NCBI GenBank assembly: GCA_016933025.1
Contig: JAFGBT010000034.1
Span: 518 to 64,517 of the forward strand
DNA: 64,000 bases
Direction: 5' to 3'
From: Spirochaetota bacterium
GTDB taxonomy: Bacteria > Spirochaetota > UBA4802 > UBA5550
This document shows, one piece after another, positions 1 to 8,945 of this stretch. The position numbers were made by a program, and so were the translations under genes. Below the pieces are notes generated by a model. That model did not search any database. It was not told the origin of the DNA and was given only the letters and a program-made list of their open reading frames with translations. Numbering within the stretch: position 1 is the stretch's first letter; each line of letters begins with the position of its first letter.

Positions 1-1086
1 TTTCCCCAGATCGTGCAGGAGGCCGGCAAGCAGGGCCTTTTCCGCGATCAGGGGGGTGTGAAACGCCGACCCGATGCCCCGCGCGTATCCCCCGACCCTG
101 TTGCTGTGCTCCCATATCTCCTCATACTTGCTGTACCGCTCTTCGATGATGCGGCGCGCGCTGCTTGCCAGCACCATGGAGCGTATGTTCCTGATGCCGA
201 GTATGCGGACCGCCTGGAGCACGCTCTCGATCCGTTTTCCGGAGATGAATCCCGCGGAATTCGACAGCTTCATCACGCCCGTGGTAATGGCCGGGTCGGA
301 CATGATGCCGCCGGCTATTGAATCCAGCGATGAATCGGGATCGTCGCAGAGGTCCAGTATTCTCACCACGTTTGTGGGAAAGGGAGGGAGGTCCCTGACG
401 TCGCGGACTATCTTCTCCTTGACCCGGGTGCTGATATCGACCGGCTTGATCTGGCGCGGAATGTTCAGGGAAACAGTGGTGGTATGATCGCCGCCCTTGA
501 TGGTAAAGAGCGATCGGTCGATGCCTATATTTCTCAGGGTCACCATGATCATGGCGATGCCGAGTCCGGCCCCCTCCGACTCGTCCTGGATGTCCTCGTA
601 GGCATCCATCAGGTTTTTATACACTTCGGCCTTTTTAACCCGATAGCCGATCCTCTCCTTTTCGCGCTGGTTCAGGGCGGCATTGTTGGTAACGCCGATG
701 GAGATGTCGTTTTCGGTTATGCTGAAATCGACGGTGACGGTGAAATCGCTTTTCAGGAGATACGCGCTCATCTCGTCGGCATTGTACATGAAGTCGACCT
801 TGAATCGCTCCATCCCCTTATTGTAATCATCGGGCCTGTTGATGTTCAGGCCCTTGACGGCGAAGTAGAGCCTCTTGGCGTTCGCCTTCTGAGCGTTTGC
901 CATGACCTCGCGGATGATCGATATCACTGAATTCAGAAGATACAGCTGGTCGTGGGCGGTGAGCATCTTTACGAATATTCCGCCGACCATCATGAGGAAT
1001 GCACTGTCGGCGTATTTAAACGAAACGGAGAAGGGCTGTTTGCGGTTAATGAGGTCGGTGATCGTTTTTTTATCGAGTATGCCCAT
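1..1086 (-). CDS. Spirochete-type HATPase-like + HDOD domain protein (3' end runs off the window)
   Basis: Manual minus-strand translation from ATG at 1086 (not in the ORF track): MGILDKK...REVMANAQKANAKRLYF...DYNKGMERFK, a G-box ESEGAGLG, then HDOD start LPPFPTNVVRILDLCDDPDSSLDSIAGGIMSDPAITTGVMKLSNSAGF. Confidence 0.85.
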   Translation of the reverse strand, partial: MGILDKKTITDLINRKQPFSVSFKYADSAFLMMVGGIFVKMLTAHDQLYLLNSVISIIREVMANAQKANAKRLYFAVKGLNINRPDDYNKGMERFKVDFMYNADEMSAYLLKSDFTVTVDFSITENDISIGVTNNAALNQREKERIGYRVKKAEVYKNLMDAYEDIQDESEGAGLGIAMIMVTLRNIGIDRSLFTIKGGDHTTTVSLNIPRQIKPVDISTRVKEKIVRDVRDLPPFPTNVVRILDLCDDPDSSLDSIAGGIMSDPAITTGVMKLSNSAGFISGKRIESVLQAVRILGIRNIRSMVLASSARRIIEERYSKYEEIWEHSNRVGGYARGIGSAFHTPLIAEKALLAGLLHDLGK

Positions 1087-2040
1087 GTCGATAAACCTGA
1101 CATACTGTCATATATCACTCGGGAATCGATGTCAATAATAATTACAGCGCGACACAGAGGCACGAAATTCTTAATATTTTTGTTAACTGATATCAGTATG
1201 CGTCTGGCCGGATGCCCGGAAATGCGAGGGAATATTTTTTCCAGGGGCTTCGCCCCCGGACTCCGAAGATACTTGCCTAAAAAAGTGGGGGGAGGAAAAG
1301 CCCGCGAAGTCGCCTGAATTGCATAAAATTGGCATAGCAACCCGCAAATGAGCCAGAAATGCATGACAGTATTAAATATTTTTCAGCCCCGGGTGGAAAT
1401 AATCAATACTGTTATCCGCGATATCAGGTACCAGAATTTAAGTGTCTTATATTTCAGGTTTGCCTGATTTTAAGAAGACAACTAACAATAAATATAATAT
1501 TATTATTCAATATATTTTACATATAACAGGAGGTATGTTAAAATTATACAAAATTGTAATTTTGAATAGTGATCAATTAATTGAACAATCGCCTAAATTT
1601 AATTGACAAAGCATTATTTGTAATTTATCAATCGAGTATCTCATCCGCTATTATAACTAATATCGGGCATATTCTTTGAATATGTCCCATCATGCGTATC
1701 AAGATTAACTGACCATGCCGGTGGATCAGATTGTTGGTATGGGATGTGATCCCATGCTTTTTCATGTAAGAATCGTTATGACAATTTATTGTGAAAAAGC
1801 GATTAAAAGCCGGTTGAAAAAATATTTATGAAAATATAAATAATTCGTCATTTTCATTGAAATACGGCAACTAATAATATGCGGAGATAAGGAATGATGC
1901 AATGATACTAAAGGATTTGAAGGTTTTTGAAGCTTTGCTGTTTTTGCATGGATGGGGAAAGGAAGCGTCGATGTGAAAATTGATAATCAGCATAATGTAA
2001 ATTGAATATGCTATTTTATGATTATCATTAAAGAATTATA

Positions 2041-4134
2041 ATGATAAAAATCAGTGAAAAAACAATTGGAATTCTTTTTGTTTCAGCATTAACCATCCTC
2101 CTCTCGTGCATGCAAAACGATAAGAGTTTACTGTCAGACTCGCAGAAATACCGCGAAAAACTTACCAGGTTCTTGTTATACTCCCCAATCGCAATGCAGC
2201 CTGAAATGCATGTCTCCCCGTATGATGGCGAGTATAGCGTATCTCCCGACACGAATATTGAAATAATCTTCAACAGGGAAGTGAGAAAAACTTCGGATTG
2301 GCGGGTAATCGTCGATTTAATAACATACGATAGCTCTTCCCCGGAAATATTTTGGGACAGGATATACATGGCCGATAACAGTTATAATGTGCTGGTTATT
2401 CATCCACGAAAGCCGTTTATGAGAGGAGCGACGATATCCTTGACGGCTGAGGGGTTTATTACCGATAATGGAATTGCCCGTTTCCCGAGATGTGATTCGA
2501 GTTTTAGTGTATACTATCCTGCACTGTCAGTTTCAGTAACACCGCCAAATTATGCATCGCCAATTTCTCCAGATACGGACGTGGTTCTGTCATTCTCGGA
2601 AGCTGTTGATGAAGATGGAGATTGGAATGTCACTATTGATGGAAATGTGTATGATAAATCCTCCCCGGAGATTTTATGGAATGAACAGCACACTATACTG
2701 ACCATCAACCCTTCCGGTTATTTCCAGAGAAGTAGAACGATATATGTCTATAGGTCGGGATTCACAGCGTACTTCGATGGATGTCCATTTCCAAATTCAA
2801 CAACAAGATTTACCATAATGAGCGGGGTAACAGCAACGGTAAGCCCAAGAAACGGAGAAAAAGCTGTATATGTTGACAGGGACATCGTAATCACATTCAG
2901 TGAGAATATGGTCATGAATGACGGGTGGTCAATTACAGCGGATGGGGTCACTTATAACAAGGATTATTCGGGGATAACATGGAATGATGCACAGACACTG
3001 ACAATAGTAAAAGACCATGATTTTCCGTATTTATCTACAATTACGATGACTCTACAGGGATTTCACGCTGAACTTGACAACTCTTATTTTACCGGACCCG
3101 GCAGCGTAACGTTTAGAACGGCCCTTAATATAGAGAATATCCCAATGAATGATACAATATCGAGCGGAACCAGATTCTCTGCAGCTATTGATTCTAGTGA
3201 CGCAATATATTTGGGCTACTATGATGTAAAAAATTATTGTCCTGTATATATGACAAACAAAGATGGAACCTGGCAGAACTATACGATTGATACAGAAGAA
3301 TATTATGGACGGAATCTCGCCATTGCTATCGATTCCTCTAATTCTATCATGGCGGCTTACGAAGATACGTGGGATCGCAATATTACTTATGCAACAGATC
3401 AAGGTGGTTCATGGACTTACGAGAAGTTCGATCCTGATAAATGGATAAATGGTATTTCCATAGCTTCGGATTCTTATAATGTTGCTCATATCAGTTATTG
3501 GTATGAGATTACTACACGAGATTTGCTCTATGCTAACAATAGTGGCGGTACATGGACGATAGAAACCATAGATGCCGACCTAGATTCAGGCGGTAATACT
3601 TCATCCATAGCAGTTGATTTAAATGATAAAATTCATATAAGCTATTGGTCTGACTATCATCTTTGTTATGCAACAAATAAAGGTGGAACATGGATGAAAT
3701 ATATTGTCGATCCAAATAATTCCACCGGCTTTAATTCAGTTATTGCTATCGATTCGAATGGGTATGTACATATCACATATTACAATAATTCAAGCTGGCC
3801 TAGTGGTTTATATTATACAACAAATAAAAGCGGCTCATGGCAGCGAACTAGAATAGATAGTGTATACCATTCAAGCAATGGTATATCATTATGCATTGAT
3901 TCGCACAATGCTGTATATATCTGCTATACAGATTATGTAACTGGTGATTATATAGATTTTACTAAACTTGCGACGACAAAAACAGGATTTTGGACGATTC
4001 ATTATGTTGATTCGGATGACTGGCTCGGTGATCATGCTTCAATGGTTATAGATTCTAACGATATTGTACACATGTTCTATCAATGCGGATATAGCAGTGG
4101 TGTATTAAGACATGCAATATATATTCCTTATTGA
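2041..4134 (+). CDS. Lipoprotein with 3 SbsA/Big_5-type Ig-like domains and a C-terminal 7-repeat beta-propeller
   Basis: Lipobox ILLSC (Cys23). Three V(S/T)PxxxxxxxxxDxxIxxxF(N/S)xxV repeats. Seven S/AIAxDSxxxxHxxY...YxTNxxGxW repeats. Confidence 0.8.
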   Translation: MIKISEKTIGILFVSALTILLSCMQNDKSLLSDSQKYREKLTRFLLYSPIAMQPEMHVSPYDGEYSVSPDTNIEIIFNREVRKTSDWRVIVDLITYDSSSPEIFWDRIYMADNSYNVLVIHPRKPFMRGATISLTAEGFITDNGIARFPRCDSSFSVYYPALSVSVTPPNYASPISPDTDVVLSFSEAVDEDGDWNVTIDGNVYDKSSPEILWNEQHTILTINPSGYFQRSRTIYVYRSGFTAYFDGCPFPNSTTRFTIMSGVTATVSPRNGEKAVYVDRDIVITFSENMVMNDGWSITADGVTYNKDYSGITWNDAQTLTIVKDHDFPYLSTITMTLQGFHAELDNSYFTGPGSVTFRTALNIENIPMNDTISSGTRFSAAIDSSDAIYLGYYDVKNYCPVYMTNKDGTWQNYTIDTEEYYGRNLAIAIDSSNSIMAAYEDTWDRNITYATDQGGSWTYEKFDPDKWINGISIASDSYNVAHISYWYEITTRDLLYANNSGGTWTIETIDADLDSGGNTSSIAVDLNDKIHISYWSDYHLCYATNKGGTWMKYIVDPNNSTGFNSVIAIDSNGYVHITYYNNSSWPSGLYYTTNKSGSWQRTRIDSVYHSSNGISLCIDSHNAVYICYTDYVTGDYIDFTKLATTKTGFWTIHYVDSDDWLGDHASMVIDSNDIVHMFYQCGYSSGVLRHAIYIPY

Positions 4135-4172
4135 AGCATAATTTTAAAGATAACGGCTTAGATAAAATTATT

Positions 4173-6167
4173 ATGTTAGAACGTATTTACAAAAATATTC
4201 ATTCTTTGAAAAGCAATATATGTATTATAGCGATAATAATTATTACCTCTTCCTGTTCCGAAAGCTCAAAAATTGATACATCATCATTGTTGCTCCTTTC
4301 AGCCATAGCGCCAGCCGCCCCTGTGGTGCCAATAGAGCCCGATCCGCCTGCTGCCGGCGACGAATGCACCTGTGGTGTCAAGACGGCAGGGGGCTCGACC
4401 ATGTCAGTTTCGGATACTTTTAACCTTTCGGGAATTGCGGCGAGCGCGAAAGGAAGCCGGCAGAAATATGTTCCCGGGGAGGTGCTGATCAAATTCAGGG
4501 AAGGGACGAGGCCGGAACGAGCCGACAGGATCGCCTCTTCACATGGAGATTCACCTATTAAAAACATGTTCATTAAAAAGAGAGGGGCACGTTCGATTAT
4601 CAAGCATGTACGGCTTAAGAAAAACAAGGGCGTCAAGGAGGCCATAGCCGAATATTCGGTCAGCCCGGAAGTAGAATACGCCCAGCCGAATTACATCTAT
4701 CATGCGCATGCCACGTATTCCTCCGATCCGGATTTCGGCAGCCAATGGGGACTCAACAACACGGGCCAGGAAATTGGCGAAAATACCGCCATTACGGACA
4801 TAGACATAGATGCCCCGGAAGCATGGGACACTCTTACTGACTGCGCAAATGTCATTGTGGCCGTGGTCGATACCGGCATCAACTATAACCAGAGAGACCT
4901 GGCGGGAAACATGTGGGACGGCGGGCCGTCCTATCCACATCACGGCTATGATTTCTCGGATGACGACGACGATCCCATGGACATGAGTGGCCATGGCACC
5001 CACGTGGCAGGGATTATCGGGGCTGACGGAGCGAACAGCGCGGGCCTCTGCGGCGTCTGCTGGAAGGTGCGGCTGATGGCGGTCCGGGTGCTCGACGCGG
5101 CCGGAGACGGAACGACGGCCAACATGGTGAGCGGCATCGATTTCGCGGTAGCAAACGGCGCGCATATCATTAACTACAGCCTGGGCGATGGCTCCGGCGA
5201 CAGCGCCCTGAAAGCGGCGATAGAATCGGCGCGGTCGAGCGGCGTGATTTTCGTCGCCTCGGCCGGCAATTTGGCATCAACAACATACAACTATCCGGCC
5301 GCCTATACTAACACATCCTTATGTGCGGATTGCGACAATGTCATTTCAGTGGGAGCGGTTGACCCGAGGGGCAACCTCGCGAGCTTTTCCAGCTACGGTA
5401 CGAACTGGGTGGACATCGCGGCTCCGGGCGTGGATGTGCTTTCTACCTGGGCGGGGCAGAGCATCACGACACGGGAGAATTTCAGCGATTGGACGAGGGG
5501 AGAGGACTGGGGAGTAGGGCGCTACCGTTTCTACGGAGTTTACGGGCCTATTACCTTCACCATGCTAACCAATCCGGATAGGCTTGGTTCTTCATATTAT
5601 CAGCCTGACCTTAACAGCGCGGCGTATAAAATATTCGAGCTCGACGCGTATGGTGCAGCTTCGGCAGTAGTGGGATTTTACATTGATTATTATTTGGACT
5701 CGGGGGATTCATTGATATTTACCGCCAATACAACCGGTGCCATCCCTGATAGTTCAGATCCCATTTACAGTTTAACGTATGAAACCTACGGGCTTGAATT
5801 TGCCGGGATATGGGACATGGCAAAATACATGGGGCCAAATTCCAGTATGGGGTTCCTGTTCCAATCAAACTCAAGCTGGGAGAGTCTGGGCGGAGGCATC
5901 GCTCTATTCGAAACCACGCGGTTGTATCACAATACGACCGCGTGCCGGTATATCAGCGGTACTTCCATGGCCGCGCCCCATGTCTCCGGGGTAGCGGCGC
6001 TCTGCGTAGCCCGGTATATCAGTAAGTATGGGTCATACGATCGCGCCGCAAATTATACGGAAATAATAAATGCCATCCTCAATAATTATGATTATTACCC
6101 GGGATTGGAATATAAAATTGGGAATGGCAGGATGCTCAACGCTTCAAAAGCGGTTCAGGCCATTTGA
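4173..6167 (+). CDS. S8 family (subtilase) serine peptidase, probable lipoprotein, with an inserted domain
   Basis: Prodomain YVPGEVLIKF...VEYAQPNY; triad VAVVDTG / GHGTHVAG / GTSMAAPHVSG; oxyanion SAGN; lipobox-like ITSSC. Start uncertain (4131, 4173 or 4206). Confidence 0.92.
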   Translation: MLERIYKNIHSLKSNICIIAIIIITSSCSESSKIDTSSLLLLSAIAPAAPVVPIEPDPPAAGDECTCGVKTAGGSTMSVSDTFNLSGIAASAKGSRQKYVPGEVLIKFREGTRPERADRIASSHGDSPIKNMFIKKRGARSIIKHVRLKKNKGVKEAIAEYSVSPEVEYAQPNYIYHAHATYSSDPDFGSQWGLNNTGQEIGENTAITDIDIDAPEAWDTLTDCANVIVAVVDTGINYNQRDLAGNMWDGGPSYPHHGYDFSDDDDDPMDMSGHGTHVAGIIGADGANSAGLCGVCWKVRLMAVRVLDAAGDGTTANMVSGIDFAVANGAHIINYSLGDGSGDSALKAAIESARSSGVIFVASAGNLASTTYNYPAAYTNTSLCADCDNVISVGAVDPRGNLASFSSYGTNWVDIAAPGVDVLSTWAGQSITTRENFSDWTRGEDWGVGRYRFYGVYGPITFTMLTNPDRLGSSYYQPDLNSAAYKIFELDAYGAASAVVGFYIDYYLDSGDSLIFTANTTGAIPDSSDPIYSLTYETYGLEFAGIWDMAKYMGPNSSMGFLFQSNSSWESLGGGIALFETTRLYHNTTACRYISGTSMAAPHVSGVAALCVARYISKYGSYDRAANYTEIINAILNNYDYYPGLEYKIGNGRMLNASKAVQAI

Positions 6168-6229
6168 GTCTCCTCTTAACTTAGATTTTGTGGTTAATTG
6201 AATATTATGTACTCAACAGGGGTTGTGGT

Positions 6230-6979
6230 ATGGGTTTCTGTATAAGAATCGTCTCAATTATTTGTTTAATTCTCACGACATCACACGCATGGACGGTCGG
6301 AATAGGCGCTTATGGAGCGGGAGGTGTTTCATCTTCAAGATGGAATGCGAACAGTAAAGAAGCAAGCAGAACAAGCGATTATTTCTATGGCGGAGGTTTG
6401 ATAATTGATTCCGCCGTGGCACGGGACGTTCTTTTAAACTATCGTTTTAAAGGAGGGTACGAAAAATACCTGTTCCAAGGATTCGGCTCGGTGAGTACAG
6501 GACGTCCCATAAGCAGGGTCAACACGTCACATACATTCGGTTTCGGCATTGTGAGAAAAGAAAAGGTACGTTTCTGGATTGGACCCCAGCTCGGGCTTGG
6601 ATACATCTGGGGAGAAAGAAAGTTCACTGATTACACCATTTTTGTCAATTCCTCGTTTACCGGCCCATTATATCAGTACGTACCATATAGAAGCGGGGTC
6701 AGCTATAAATTTGTAAGCATGAACCTGGGCCTGGAGTTGGGGCTCAATATCAATATCGGAAATTATGTAACACTCTTCATAGACTGTGGATTCGGATACG
6801 GGGTGAATATATCGACGAATTTAAGAACGGATATTGAGGGGAACACTGCCGCAGCATATAAAACATTGATCGGCAACGGTATTGGAATTCATGGAAGTAT
6901 GGGCATTATGATAAGAATAAATGATGTGTATAAGCCTATTGAGGACAAAAAAAAAGAAATTATCGCAAATAATAAATAG
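6230..6979 (+). CDS. Putative outer-membrane beta-barrel protein
   Basis: Signal peptide ending SHA. Gly/aromatic alternating strands (FWIGPQLGLGY, NLGLELGLNINIG, LFIDCGFGYG, GIHGSMGIMIR). Confidence 0.6.
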   Translation: MGFCIRIVSIICLILTTSHAWTVGIGAYGAGGVSSSRWNANSKEASRTSDYFYGGGLIIDSAVARDVLLNYRFKGGYEKYLFQGFGSVSTGRPISRVNTSHTFGFGIVRKEKVRFWIGPQLGLGYIWGERKFTDYTIFVNSSFTGPLYQYVPYRSGVSYKFVSMNLGLELGLNINIGNYVTLFIDCGFGYGVNISTNLRTDIEGNTAAAYKTLIGNGIGIHGSMGIMIRINDVYKPIEDKKKEIIANNK

Positions 6980-7127
6980 ATCATTATATCATATTCATGA
7001 AATTAAACCTTCTGTAGATTTTCTGCAGAAGTGTTAAAGATTTCGCTATACTTGTTTAATTTACAAAGCGCCGGTGGCCCGGTAGCTTCAAATCGAGGCA
7101 TTTCTATTCAAAAAGGGCAATTTTATT

Positions 7128-7201
7128 TGGGCGCTACTGGACTTGAACCAGTGACCCCCTGCTTGTAAGGCAGGTGCTCTAGCCAACTGAGCTAAGCGCC
7201 C
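7128..7201 (-). tRNA. tRNA-Val (anticodon TAC), CCA not encoded
   Basis: Reverse complement GGGCGCTTAGCTCAGTTGGCTAGAGCACCTGCCTTACAAGCAGGGGGTCACTGGTTCAAGTCCAGTAGCGCCCA. Acceptor GGGCGCT/AGCGCCC, anticodon stem CCTGC/GCAGG, T-loop TTCAAGT. Confidence 0.97.
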
Positions 7202-7222
7202 GGTCTGTCTGATTTTGTTATT

Positions 7223-7510
7223 TTAGCTGCCCTGTGACTGGCTCTTTATAACAGCGTTAATGCGCTTCGCAAGCCTCGATTTCTTGCGGGCGGCCGTGTT
7301 CTTGTGGACGACTCTGACGCCAGCCGCCTTGTCGATGGTTTTAGCGAAATCCTTGTACTTGCCCATGAGCTGTTCGGGGCTCTCTTTCGCGTCAACCGCC
7401 TTCACCACCTTCTTGGCGGAGGTGCGCAGCGCGGACTTCACCTTTACGTTCCGGGCCCTTCTTTTTTCGTTCTGCCTGTTCCGTTTGATCTGTGACTTGA
7501 TGTTTGCCAA
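7223..7510 (-). CDS. rpsT: 30S ribosomal protein S20
   Basis: MANIKSQIKRNRQNEKRRARN...HKNTAARKKSRL; TTG start. Confidence 0.97.
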   Translation of the reverse strand: MANIKSQIKRNRQNEKRRARNVKVKSALRTSAKKVVKAVDAKESPEQLMGKYKDFAKTIDKAAGVRVVHKNTAARKKSRLAKRINAVIKSQSQGS

Positions 7511-7608
7511 TTGTTTAAACCTTATCTTGTTGTAATGTTGTTTTTATGCCTGACGGCGCTGCGCACGGCAGATGCCGTTATCATGCAAAAACTGTATATA
7601 GAGTGGCA

Positions 7609-7637
7609 AATATGCAGTTGCTACTAAAACCTGTCAA
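7609..7637 (-). promoter_or_regulatory. Sigma70-type promoter for rpsT/tRNA-Val
   Basis: TTGACA-N17-CATATT on the minus strand. Confidence 0.55.
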
Positions 7638-7658
7638 GAAAATTTGTTTTTTATTTGC

Positions 7659-7742
7659 AGAGGCTTCGCCCCTGCACCCCATGAAGAGTTTCCGGTATTC
7701 ACTCCCCCTCTCCCCGTGGGAGAGGGGGCAGGGGGGTGAGGG
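7659..7742. repeat. REP-like palindromic element (CCCCCTCTCCC-cgt-GGGAGAGGGGG...GGGGTGAGGG)
   Basis: Hairpin plus GGGGTGAGGG tail; same family at 10367-10470 and 13801-13842. Preceded by aggcttcgcccctgcacccc. Confidence 0.8.
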
Positions 7743-7748
7743 TAAAAA

Positions 7749-8288
7749 CTACTCGGAGATAAGCATCTTGAAGAGCTGTCTGGTATAGTAATACACCTTG
7801 CACTGCGATTTGCCTTCCGGCAGCTTCATGAGGTAGTACAGGACCTTGGTCGTGTCGTTGCTGTAGGAGTAGATGAAGAAGCTTTTATCCTGCTGCACAA
7901 GGGGTTTGCCGTACAGGCCCGCAAGTTTTGCGTGAATTTCCTTTTCGGTTTTTTCGTCCACCCTGCCCCAGTCTTCCATGACGGTATAGAGCCGGTCCTT
8001 TACGAACAGGAAGTCTGTCACCGGCCGCGTTTCAAGTCTCAGGATGATGATTTTATCGGCCAGGTCGGCGTCTATTGCCGTGATATAGCTCAGGATCTTG
8101 TTTTTGTAGTTCTGCTTGTCGCGCGGCGTGAACTGGGTCGATTCCCTGTCGCTCGGGAGGCTCTTTTTTACTTTTTCCAGCTCGGTGCCCCATTCATACT
8201 GGATGGCCGCGCCCGCGGGAGTCAGTGTTATCGCGGCTGACAGGATCAATCCGCAAATAACAGAGAACCGGGTATTGTGTTTGCTCAT
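7749..8288 (-). CDS. Hypothetical exported protein
   Basis: 179-aa ORF with signal peptide (PAGAA). TTGACA-N17-TATATT at 8346-8318. Confidence 0.75.
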   Translation of the reverse strand: MSKHNTRFSVICGLILSAAITLTPAGAAIQYEWGTELEKVKKSLPSDRESTQFTPRDKQNYKNKILSYITAIDADLADKIIILRLETRPVTDFLFVKDRLYTVMEDWGRVDEKTEKEIHAKLAGLYGKPLVQQDKSFFIYSYSNDTTKVLYYLMKLPEGKSQCKVYYYTRQLFKMLISE

Positions 8289-8367
8289 GGTGACCTGGCG
8301 ATTTTAAATTTGATGCTAATATAATCGTTTCACGGTATTTTGTCAATTAATTATAGGGCGCGTTTAT

Positions 8368-8508
8368 CTGTCATTGCGAGCCGGACTGATATAATCGGGC
8401 CGGCGAAGCAATCCGGCTATGTTTGGTAAGTATTTATAGAAATTTTCGATATTTTATTGAACATATACTGTCATTTACATGATCGTTTCGCTACGCTCGC
8501 GATGACAG
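8368..8508. repeat. Miniature palindromic element (GTCATTGCGAG...GCGAAGCAATC family)
   Basis: Terminal inverted repeats ctgtcattgcgag / ctcgcgatgacag (1 mismatch) and inner gcgaagcaatc / gatcgtttcgc, around an AT-rich spacer. Confidence 0.8.
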
Positions 8509-8636
8509 GGAATATCAGAAATTGATGCCAAATATTGAAAATCATTATTGCAAATGGAATTTATTTGAAATATTTATGCGGGTATAGTAGCTTTGTATGT
8601 ACCGGGTTTATATCATGTCCGTGGGGGTATTGTGCC

Positions 8637-8945
8637 ATGAAAAAGAGAGTATGCGCCGTTGTGTGCGCCATTGTTCTGGCGGGTGCCGCGGCTTTTTCGA
8701 GCGCCGCGAAAGAATTCAGGGGCCTTGTCATCAGTGTCTCTGGCGACTCCATAGAAGTTAAGAAAGGATCGGAAGAGATGACCCTCTACTGGGCCGAGGG
8801 CACGAAAGTCACGATCGACGGCGCCGAGGCGGACCGCGGCTCGGTGGCCGTGTGCCAGAAGGTGACGGCGCGCTACGACGTCAAAGACGGAAGGAAGGAG
8901 CTGGTCTCCCTCAGCATCACTCGCGAGAGCTACTGCGTCCAATAG
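8637..8945 (+). CDS. Small exported OB-fold-like protein (DUF5666-like)
   Basis: Signal peptide MKKRVCAVV...SSAA, then FRGLVISVSGDSIEVK...TKVTIDG...KVTARY. Abuts mpl. Confidence 0.6.
   Translation: MKKRVCAVVCAIVLAGAAAFSSAAKEFRGLVISVSGDSIEVKKGSEEMTLYWAEGTKVTIDGAEADRGSVAVCQKVTARYDVKDGRKELVSLSITRESYCVQ

Noticed and set aside
13-1364. Several short ORFs in the track over the first 1.4 kb
   Set aside because: Explained as shadows of the minus-strand ATPase+HDOD gene (1086 to <1) or of its upstream region.
1528-1606. 23-codon ORF after AGGAGG
   Set aside because: The SD is only 1 nt from the ATG, the DNA is AT-rich, and the ORF ends on a TTGACA box; insufficient support.
1100-2040. att-like duplicate of the tRNA-Val 3' end or an integrase remnant bounding the islet
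   Set aside because: No copy of tgggcgctactggacttgaacc and no recombinase motif found by eye.
4131-6979. Diversity-generating retroelement as the cause of the variable segments
   Set aside because: No reverse transcriptase and no template/variable repeat pair seen in the window.
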